Assembly: GCA_964449235.1 (NCBI GenBank)
Contig: CAYVAX010000003.1
Location: 1-51,872 of the forward strand
DNA length: 51,872 nt
DNA from: an uncultured Candidatus Saccharibacteria bacterium
GTDB lineage: Bacteria; Patescibacteriota; Minisyncoccia; RBG-13-40-8-A; JAUWHN01
Direction of reading: 5' to 3'
How positions within the stretch are numbered: position 1 is the stretch's first letter; the number at the start of each line of letters is the position of its first letter. Below are positions 26,481 through 33,693 of the stretch, piece by piece. Position numbers and translations under genes: made by a program. The notes under the pieces are model-generated. The model was not told the DNA's origin, searched no databases, and saw nothing but the letters and a program-made list of their open reading frames with translations.

Positions 26481-27020
26481 ATGTCAGGGCATTCAAAATG
26501 GTCAAAAATTAAACATAAGAAGAAAGCAACTGACAAAAAGAAAGGTAAAATCTTTAGCAAAATAGCAAAGATGATATCTGTGGCTGCCCGCAAAGGAAAT
26601 GATCCCGAAACCAATCCGGATTTAAGAATGGCTATTGAAAAAGCTAAGTCTATAAACATGCCCAATGATAATATTGAAAAAGCAATTCAAAAAGGATCAG
26701 GAAAAGGAGAAGAAGGACAATTAGAAGAAATGAATTATGAAGCTTATGGTCCCAATGCTACTCCTCTGATTATCAAAACTATGACCGATAATAAGAATCG
26801 GACTTTGGCGGAAATAAAAAATATTTTAAACAATTTTGACAGCAAGCTTGCTGAATCCGGAAGTGTTAAATATTTATTTAATAAAAAAAACGGTGAATGG
26901 ATAGCAAAATATACTACAGAATTAAACAACCAAAAAGTGAAGCAACAGTTAAAGAAACTTTTTGAACAGCTTCAAGAGCATCAAGACGTAGAACAGATTT
27001 ATTCTAATGTAAACTTTTAG
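26481..27020 (+). CDS. yebC: YebC/PmpR-family protein (short form)
   Basis: The ORF track starts at TTG 26463. I prefer ATG 26481 (MSGHSKWSKIKHKK, the canonical YebC start). At 179 aa it is shorter than the ~240 aa typical of the family. Confidence 0.85.
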   Translation: MSGHSKWSKIKHKKKATDKKKGKIFSKIAKMISVAARKGNDPETNPDLRMAIEKAKSINMPNDNIEKAIQKGSGKGEEGQLEEMNYEAYGPNATPLIIKTMTDNKNRTLAEIKNILNNFDSKLAESGSVKYLFNKKNGEWIAKYTTELNNQKVKQQLKKLFEQLQEHQDVEQIYSNVNF

Positions 27021-27023
27021 TCC

Positions 27024-27488
27024 ATGGTAATTTTAGGCATTGACCCCGGGACTGCAAGAATAGGGTTCGGAGTCATTAATAACAACCAAAAATTAAAATT
27101 AATCGGATATGGTTGCATACAAACGCCTAAAACTTTAAAAAACCCTCAAAGACTAGCTGAGCTCGAAAATCAATTACGCCAGATAATTAAGAAGTATAAG
27201 CCTGAAAGGGTAGCTGTAGAAGATCTTTTCTTTTTTAAAAATTTAAAAACAGCAATTAGTGTCAGTCAGGCTCGAGGAGTAATTTTATTAACAGCAGCAA
27301 AATCAAAAATTCCGATTTTGGAATATACTCCCTTGCAGATAAAACAAGCTGTAACCGGCTATGGCCGAGCAGAGAAAAAGCAAGTCCAGAAAATGGTTAA
27401 GATGATTTTAAATTTAAAAAAGATTCCTAAGCCTGACGATGCTGCTGATGCTTTAGCAGCAGCAATCTGCTGCGCACATTCAATATAA
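27024..27488 (+). CDS. ruvC: crossover junction endodeoxyribonuclease RuvC
   Basis: 154 aa. MVILGIDPGTARIGFGVI, VAVEDLFF, PDDAADALAAAIC. Confidence 0.92.
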   Translation: MVILGIDPGTARIGFGVINNNQKLKLIGYGCIQTPKTLKNPQRLAELENQLRQIIKKYKPERVAVEDLFFFKNLKTAISVSQARGVILLTAAKSKIPILEYTPLQIKQAVTGYGRAEKKQVQKMVKMILNLKKIPKPDDAADALAAAICCAHSI

Positions 27489-27490
27489 TT

Positions 27491-28150
27491 ATGCCTTTAA
27501 TTGTCGACTACATGACCGCTCAGGGCGTACCAGAGCTCTCTCTGGTGTTTTTTCTAATGCTTCCGGTAGTAGCAACCGTTATTAGCTTTGCCCGTCAAGT
27601 TATTGGAATTAAAGCCTTTGGTTTATACGTCCCTTTAATCATTACTTTTGCTTTTTTGGCTACTGGAATTAAATATGGAACAGTAGTCTTTTTACTTACA
27701 TTAATTGTGGGAACTGGAATGAGATTTATTTTAAGAAAAATCCGACTTTTATACTTGCCTCGGATGGCACTTACATTAATAACAATTACTATCTCGATTT
27801 ATGTCCTGTTTTTAATTGCTATCCATTTCGATAAAATTGGATTTGTCCAGGTTGCAGTATTCCCAGTGCTAATTTTGGTCATCCTCTCAGAAAAATTCAT
27901 TGCCACACAAATCCATAGAGATAACCGAGTAGCAATTATTCTAACTTTAGAAACTCTAATCCTGGCAACAATCTGCTATTATTTAATCACCTGGGTTGGT
28001 TTTCAACAATTCGCGCTTAATTACCCCTTAATTGTCATCGGAGGAGCAATTGTTATAAACTTATTGCTTGGTCGCTGGACAGGATTAAGATTAACCGAAT
28101 ATATTAGATTTAAAGAGGTTGCAAAACAGATAAAGAAAACTAAAAAATAA
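27491..28150 (+). CDS. 7-TM membrane protein of the type usually fused to an inactive transglutaminase
   Basis: 219 aa with seven hydrophobic helices by eye. The N-terminal LPVVATVISFARQVIGIKAFGLYVPLII pattern resembles the 7TM_transglut family. It is adjacent to a RimK-related ATP-grasp, as in known operons. Confidence 0.55.
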   Translation: MPLIVDYMTAQGVPELSLVFFLMLPVVATVISFARQVIGIKAFGLYVPLIITFAFLATGIKYGTVVFLLTLIVGTGMRFILRKIRLLYLPRMALTLITITISIYVLFLIAIHFDKIGFVQVAVFPVLILVILSEKFIATQIHRDNRVAIILTLETLILATICYYLITWVGFQQFALNYPLIVIGGAIVINLLLGRWTGLRLTEYIRFKEVAKQIKKTKK

Positions 28151-28154
28151 CTGC

Positions 28155-29480
28155 ATGTTCAAATCACTTAAGAACTACCAGCAGCTGTTAGGAATTAATA
28201 AGCGAAATCTAAAATATATAAAGCCCTCTAATTCCCGGAGGGCTATTCGTATTGCAGATAATAAATTGTTAAATAAGCGATTTTTAGTTAAACATTCCCT
28301 GCCAGTAGCTAAAACTTACGCTGTTATAAGCAAAAGGGCAGAATTAAACAATTTTAATTGGTCAACTTTACCAAAAAGCTTTGTATTAAAACCTAATCGC
28401 GGAATGGGCGGAGAAGGAATTTTAATTGTTTACGGTAAGATAAAGAAAAAAGACCCTAAGGATGCTCCGGTTTGGGTTCAAGCTGATCGTTCTAAAATAA
28501 CCATTCCTGATCTTGATGATTATGTTTTAAATATTTTAGATGGTAAATACTCTAGAAATCAAGTTCCAGATATTGCTATTTTCGAAGAACGGTTAAAATT
28601 ATTAAGAATGTTTAAACCTTATGCTTTCCGAGGAGTTCCTGATATTCGTATTATTGTATACAACTCTGTGCCAATTATGGCTGAATTGCGATTACCCACT
28701 AAAGAATCACAGGGAAGGTCTAATCTGCACTTAGGAGGAGTGGGAGTAGGAATTGATATGGCCACAGGATTAACTATTGCTGCTGTTTGGCATGGAAAGT
28801 TAATTAAATATCTTCCAGGAACTCGAATTTCCTTATTGGGGATAAAAATCCCTAAATGGAAAACATTATTAGAATTAGCAATTGAGTCTCAAAAAGCTAC
28901 GGGCATTGGTTTCTTAGGCGTAGATATTGGTTTAGACCGAGAAAAAGGCCCTGTAATCTTAGAATTAAATGCCCGCGCTGGCCTCTCTATTCAAGTTGCT
29001 AATTTAACTCCTCTATATTCACGACTGAAGAAAGTAGAAGGGTTGAATGTAAAATCAACAAGGCAGGCAATCCGTTTATCACAGGATTTGTTCGGTGGAC
29101 AGATAGAAGAAGAGCTGGAAGAACTTTCCGGAAGAAAAATCATTGGAATTAAAGAAAAAATACAGTTGATAGACAAGCAAGGAGAAAAATGCGAAGTAAT
29201 CGCAAAAGTGGACACAGGTGCTTATCGAACCAGCATTTGTAAATCATTAGTTAAAAAAATAGGGATTACTGACGCTATTAAGCATAAAAAAGTGAGAAGT
29301 TCTTTAGGGAAAAAGGAAAGACCGATCATTGACCTTTCCTTTCTTTTAGATAAAAAAAGAGTTTCTACAGAGGCATTTATTGCAGATCGTAGAAAAATGA
29401 AATACGATGTAATCATCGGCAGAAAAGATTTAAAAAAATTCTTAGTTGATCCTGCAAAAAATATATTAATTAAAAAATAA
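28155..29480 (+). CDS. alpha-L-glutamate-ligase-like (RimK-related) ATP-grasp fused to a RimB-type retropepsin-like domain
   Basis: 441 aa. The N-terminus LLGINKRNLKYIKPSNSRRAIRIADNKLLNK plus VLKPNRGMGGEGI and ILELNARAG match the ATP-grasp family. The C-terminal ~115 aa (from about 29130) carry KVDTGAYRTSI (DTG at 29211-29219) and VIIGRKDL. Confidence 0.7.
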   Translation: MFKSLKNYQQLLGINKRNLKYIKPSNSRRAIRIADNKLLNKRFLVKHSLPVAKTYAVISKRAELNNFNWSTLPKSFVLKPNRGMGGEGILIVYGKIKKKDPKDAPVWVQADRSKITIPDLDDYVLNILDGKYSRNQVPDIAIFEERLKLLRMFKPYAFRGVPDIRIIVYNSVPIMAELRLPTKESQGRSNLHLGGVGVGIDMATGLTIAAVWHGKLIKYLPGTRISLLGIKIPKWKTLLELAIESQKATGIGFLGVDIGLDREKGPVILELNARAGLSIQVANLTPLYSRLKKVEGLNVKSTRQAIRLSQDLFGGQIEEELEELSGRKIIGIKEKIQLIDKQGEKCEVIAKVDTGAYRTSICKSLVKKIGITDAIKHKKVRSSLGKKERPIIDLSFLLDKKRVSTEAFIADRRKMKYDVIIGRKDLKKFLVDPAKNILIKK

Positions 29481-30982
29481 TGGTTATTCAAGATTCAAAA
29501 ACATTAAAAAAATTCTTTAAGCGCAATGTCAAGTTCCCAATTTTTGGAGCAGGAGTTTATCCTTTTCATCGGTTGGGTCCGGAAGATTTTGTTTCCGATT
29601 ATCGAATCTTGACTTTAAGAAGAAGTTTGGACGGAGAGCTGATAAAAAAGGATCTAAACGTCCAAACTATTGAAAAAGGCTTAGGAAGAAAGCACATTAG
29701 AAAGCCAAGAAACGCAACCACGATTTTAAAACATCCTAAAATAAAAAAATATTTAAAGAAATTCAAGAACGTAAATATTTTAGTTTATAAGCCCTCTTCA
29801 AGAATGGAAAGGCACTGTGAAAAAAATAACTGGAATTTACTTATCCCTCGCTTTAAATTTGGTAAAAAGCTATTTGAAAATAAAATTAAATTCAGAGAAA
29901 TCTTAGAAAAAATTGATGTTCCTGCTCCTCCAGGGAAAGTTACCAGCCTGGACAAACTTCATTATGGTCATTTAATTAATAGCTACGGACTTCCCTTTGT
30001 AATCCAGCATCCAACCAAAGGAGGAGGAAAAGGAACTTTTTTTATTAACACCAAAGAAGACTTTGATAAAGCATACAAAAAATTAAAGCATCCTACCCAT
30101 CAAACTTATTTAGGCGAAAAAGAAGAAAAACCAGCACCAGAAGTAATTGTGGCCAAATTTATTGAGGGCCCATCTCCAAGTATTACCGGATGCGTTACTA
30201 AACACGGAATCTTATCTACGAATTTACAATATCAGATACTGGACATCCCCCAACTTTATAACCCCGCAAAAGGCTCGGGACTATTTTGCGGGCATGATTG
30301 GAGTTTTTCAAAATTTCCAAAAGAAATTGAAAACCAAGCTTATCGTATTGTGGAAAAAGTCGGAAACTATTTTAAACAAAACAACTACAAAGGAATTTTC
30401 GGCCTGGATTTTATAATGAACAAAGATACCAATAAACTTTACGTTACTGAAACCAATCCCCGCTTATTAGGATCATTCCCAGTATTGCCCATGGTCCAGG
30501 CTAAAAATAAAGAGCCATCAATTTTAGGATTTCATATCTTAGAGCATTTAAATATTGATTATGCTATGGATATAAAAAATATTAACGATTTAATGAGAAA
30601 ACCAAAACGAGGAGCACAGATGATTCTACACAACTTAACTGGTCGATGGACCAGAATCGGAAAAACAGTCAAGCCGGGTATTTACGAGCTTGATAGAAAT
30701 GGAAAAATAAAATTTTTGAGATCGGGTTATAAGCTTCAGCATCTTAAACGAAAAACTGAATTTTTAATAACTGGCGGAATTTTAATTAAAAAATCTCACC
30801 TTAGTCCCAACAGAAGATTATGTAGAATTTTAACCCTGGGAAAGGTTCTAGAAAATTATCAGCAATTAAATCCATGGGCGCAAACAATTGCAGAAGCAGT
30901 CTATAAAACATTTCATCTAAAACCTATAAAATTCATAAAGTTCAAAAAAATATTTGCTCCTAATTTTTTAGCAAAAGGATAA
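29480..30982 (+). CDS. ATP-grasp domain protein, unassigned specificity
   Basis: 500 aa. The central FVIQHPTKGGGKGTFFI, VIVAKFIEG and FGLDFIMNKDTNKLYVTETNPRL fit the ATP-grasp fold. The first ~150 aa are unassigned. One-nt overlap (TAATG) with the upstream gene. Confidence 0.6.
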   Translation: MVIQDSKTLKKFFKRNVKFPIFGAGVYPFHRLGPEDFVSDYRILTLRRSLDGELIKKDLNVQTIEKGLGRKHIRKPRNATTILKHPKIKKYLKKFKNVNILVYKPSSRMERHCEKNNWNLLIPRFKFGKKLFENKIKFREILEKIDVPAPPGKVTSLDKLHYGHLINSYGLPFVIQHPTKGGGKGTFFINTKEDFDKAYKKLKHPTHQTYLGEKEEKPAPEVIVAKFIEGPSPSITGCVTKHGILSTNLQYQILDIPQLYNPAKGSGLFCGHDWSFSKFPKEIENQAYRIVEKVGNYFKQNNYKGIFGLDFIMNKDTNKLYVTETNPRLLGSFPVLPMVQAKNKEPSILGFHILEHLNIDYAMDIKNINDLMRKPKRGAQMILHNLTGRWTRIGKTVKPGIYELDRNGKIKFLRSGYKLQHLKRKTEFLITGGILIKKSHLSPNRRLCRILTLGKVLENYQQLNPWAQTIAEAVYKTFHLKPIKFIKFKKIFAPNFLAKG

Positions 30983-32007
30983 TGATCTACTTTATCAATA
31001 ACCCCAAACAGCCAATATCTTTAGAAGACATCTACGATCATCGAAATATCTATTTACTAGCAAAATCTGCTTTAGAGAAAAAAATTAACTGTGAGCTCTT
31101 GTTACGACCAAGAAAAAACCAGCGTGATATTATATTTTTACGATTTGCAAAAAGTAAAAACAAAAAATGGTTTGGATGTGAACAAGGGTTTTTTAATTCT
31201 AAAGCAAGCTGCGACTTTTGTTTATATAAATATCTGACGAATGATTTATTAAAAATATTAAAATTCCCTCTTCCTCAGTCTCAAAAAATCAAAAACATTA
31301 AGCAGTTAAACAATCTTCCAATTAACCCTCCCTGGGTAGTAAAACCATCTTCTGGCACTCAGGGAAAAGATGTTATTGTGAAAATAGAAAAATATATTAA
31401 TCTTAAAAAAACTTGCAATAAACTTTTATTAAAATATCCCAGTTTAATAGTTGAAAAATTTATCCCAGGAAATGATTATAGATTAATGGTTCTCGAAAAT
31501 AAGTTTTTAGCAGCAATAAAAAGAGTGCCTCCATCTATTAAAGGAGATGGTAAGCACAGTTTAAGAGAACTTATAAATATTACCAATAAGAAAAGAGGGA
31601 AGCTTAAGAAAAAAGACACCCCTTATTTAAAACCAATAAAAATTGACTGGGAATTAAAACATACTCTTAAAAAACAAGAATTATTTTTAAAATCAATCAG
31701 CCCTGAAAATAAAAAAATAAAACTAAGAGAAAACGCTAATTTCTCCAGCGGAGGAACAGTTATAGATGTAACTCATAAAGTACATCCTGAAAACAAAAAA
31801 ATAGCCCTGAAAGCAATACATGCTTTAGGACTAAAAATTGGAGGAGTGGATATAATTTTAAAAGATATTAGCAGGCCAATAACTAAAACTAATGGAAAAA
31901 TAATCGAAGTAAACAGTTCTCCTGGCTTATGGCCACATCACTTTCCGAATTATGGTAAAAGCCAGCCAGTAGCCAAAGAAATCATTAATTATTTATTCAG
32001 TAAATAA
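30982..32007 (+). CDS. stand-alone ATP-grasp ligase resembling the cyanophycin synthetase G domain
   Basis: 341 aa. WVVKPSSGTQGKDV, VEKFIPGNDYRLMVLENKFLAAIKRVP, LRENANFSSGGTVIDVTHKVHPEN and GLKIGGVDIILKDISRP..GKIIEVNSSPG are colinear with the CphA ATP-grasp region as remembered. No Mur-ligase-like M domain. Confidence 0.75.
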   Translation: MIYFINNPKQPISLEDIYDHRNIYLLAKSALEKKINCELLLRPRKNQRDIIFLRFAKSKNKKWFGCEQGFFNSKASCDFCLYKYLTNDLLKILKFPLPQSQKIKNIKQLNNLPINPPWVVKPSSGTQGKDVIVKIEKYINLKKTCNKLLLKYPSLIVEKFIPGNDYRLMVLENKFLAAIKRVPPSIKGDGKHSLRELINITNKKRGKLKKKDTPYLKPIKIDWELKHTLKKQELFLKSISPENKKIKLRENANFSSGGTVIDVTHKVHPENKKIALKAIHALGLKIGGVDIILKDISRPITKTNGKIIEVNSSPGLWPHHFPNYGKSQPVAKEIINYLFSK

Positions 32008-33213
32008 TTAAACAATTTTTCTAAATCTTCTTTTCCCTGCCTGGATAACCATTCCTTTTTTTAAAGGAATTTTTTGTTTCCAATCTTTAATAACTTTATT
32101 ATCTATTTTTACTGCTCCCTGGATTATTAATCTTTTTGCCTCTGTTTTAGAAGAAGCAAGGTCAGTTGCAGTTAATATTGTAGCTGTATCAGAAATTCCT
32201 TTTAGCTCGTTCCGGGAAAAGGTCTTAATCTCTGAAGGAGTTTTTTTCTGTTTAAAAACACGATTAAATTCTTTTTCGGTCTTTTCTGCGACAGTTTTAG
32301 AATGATAAATTGAAACAATTTCTCGAGCCAATTTAGCTTTATCATCGCGAGGATTATTTTTCTGTTTCTTAATTTTCTCAATTTCTTTCAAAGATAGATC
32401 TGTGCAGAGTTCAAGTCCTAAAAAAATTAATGAGTCTGGCCAGGACATAACTTTTCCATACATTTCTTTAGGAGTTTCATTTAAATTAATAACATTTCCT
32501 TCTGTTTTGCCCATTTTCTTTCCAGTAGAATCTTCTAATATCTTAGTAGTCACAACAAATTTTTCTTTATTCTTGAGTTTATCTATTAAATCTCTTCCTC
32601 TGAGCATATTAAAGGTTTGGTCATTTCCTCCCACTTCCAAATCTATATCCATAGCAACGCTGTCATAGGCCTGGAATAAGGGGTAAAGAAATTCAGCTAA
32701 TACAATTGGTTTGTCTTTTTTAATTCTTTTTTGGAACATATCCCGAGCTAAGAATTGCTGAATAGTAAAATTAAATGCCAAATCAATTACACTTAATGAA
32801 CTTAATTTTTTATTCCATTCACTATTTCTCTTCAGCTTGGCAGGATTTTTACCAGAGAAATTTAAAATTTTACCAGCTTGTTTTTTGTAATTCTTTAAGT
32901 TTTTCTCCACTTCTTGTTCAGTTAATTTCTTTCTAACTGCAGCTTTATCTGTAGGATCACCAATCAAGGCAGTAAAATCTCCGACTAGAAAAATGATTTC
33001 GTGACCTAATTGTTGAAATTGAGCTAACTTTCTAATTTGAATTGCATTTCCTAAATGAAGATTAGGGGAGGTAGGGTCAAATCCACAATAAACCCGAATT
33101 TTTTTTCCGGATTTTATTTTTTTTTCTAATGCTTTCTTGTTAGGATAGATTTTTTCTACCCCTTTTTCTAAAGCTTTATCTATTAATTTTTGATTTGTAA
33201 TAACTTTGCTCAT
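32008..33213 (-). CDS. tyrS: tyrosine--tRNA ligase
   Basis: 401 aa. HIGH motif (NLHLGN), KMSKS motif (KMGKT), C-terminal S4 domain (AKRLIIQGAVKIDNKVI). Confidence 0.9.
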   Translation of the reverse strand: MSKVITNQKLIDKALEKGVEKIYPNKKALEKKIKSGKKIRVYCGFDPTSPNLHLGNAIQIRKLAQFQQLGHEIIFLVGDFTALIGDPTDKAAVRKKLTEQEVEKNLKNYKKQAGKILNFSGKNPAKLKRNSEWNKKLSSLSVIDLAFNFTIQQFLARDMFQKRIKKDKPIVLAEFLYPLFQAYDSVAMDIDLEVGGNDQTFNMLRGRDLIDKLKNKEKFVVTTKILEDSTGKKMGKTEGNVINLNETPKEMYGKVMSWPDSLIFLGLELCTDLSLKEIEKIKKQKNNPRDDKAKLAREIVSIYHSKTVAEKTEKEFNRVFKQKKTPSEIKTFSRNELKGISDTATILTATDLASSKTEAKRLIIQGAVKIDNKVIKDWKQKIPLKKGMVIQAGKRRFRKIV

Positions 33214-33355
33214 GTTTATAATATATCATAATTTCCGTTATTAGAATAATGATTTTAATCATTTTAACTATTTTTGTCTATGAATTTAATAAAATATAAT
33301 TAAATTAATACTCGGTTTTTGATTAAATTTATGACCCTTCTTTTATTATAACGTT

Positions 33356-33399
33356 TTATTGTAATAATTTACAATAATTATTGTAATAATTTACAATAA
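33356..33399. repeat. perfect tandem duplication of a 22-nt palindrome
   Basis: TTATTGTAATAATTTACAATAA occurs at 33356-33377 and again at 33378-33399. Each unit is a 9-bp inverted repeat (TTATTGTAA/TTACAATAA) around 4 nt. Confidence 0.9.
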
Positions 33400-33427
33400 A
33401 AAACGCCAGTTGTAGTTAAAACCAGCG
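33398..33427 (-). terminator. intrinsic terminator ending the tyrS leader
   Basis: Minus strand: CGCUGGU, a 10-nt loop, ACUGGCG (two G-U pairs), then UUUUUU. Confidence 0.6.
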
Positions 33428-33622
33428 CCATTATCTTATTCTTAATCCTGCCAGACTTTAGCAGGAGGTAGAAAGGAGGTGTCTTTTCCGTGTTAACCTA
33501 AATTTTACTAAAGTCTAGTGAGTACGAAAAGAGCAGTTTAAATATCACTCTTAGGATAAAATTTTAATATTCATTTGTGGATATAGGGCACTCTAATATT
33601 TCTAATATCCATAAGGACTACA
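33428..33622 (-). promoter_or_regulatory. structured 5' leader RNA upstream of tyrS (riboswitch/attenuator candidate, possibly T-box-like)
   Basis: It lies between a near-consensus promoter and a terminator. There are mutually exclusive helices: AGACUUUAG/CUAAAGUCU against CCUGC/GCAGG. A UAC triplet sits at the 3' side of a loop closed by AGUGA/UCACU. The canonical T-box 14-mer is not recognisable by eye. Confidence 0.45.
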
Positions 33623-33628
33623 TTATAA

Positions 33629-33656
33629 ATTATACCACACTGACATTTTTTGTCAA
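33629..33656 (-). promoter_or_regulatory. near-consensus sigma70 promoter with extended -10
   Basis: Minus strand: TTGACA (33651-33656), a 16-nt spacer ending in TGG, then TATAAT (33629-33634). Confidence 0.7.
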
Positions 33657-33693
33657 GGTTTTCAAGTAAGTATATTTGTTTTAGAATAATAAT

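Noticed and set aside
33356-33399. CRISPR-like repeat
   Set aside because: There are only two units, directly abutting with no spacer, and the sequence is AT-only and palindromic. No cas genes are present. Nothing else in the window resembles a repeat-spacer array.
33461-33483. Possible 16S rRNA 3' end (CACCUCCUUUCU on the minus strand)
   Set aside because: The preceding sequence (GGUUAACACGGAAAAGA) does not resemble the conserved 16S helix 45 / GGAUCA context. No rRNA-like sequence flanks it. I treat it as an anti-SD-like element within the tyrS leader instead.
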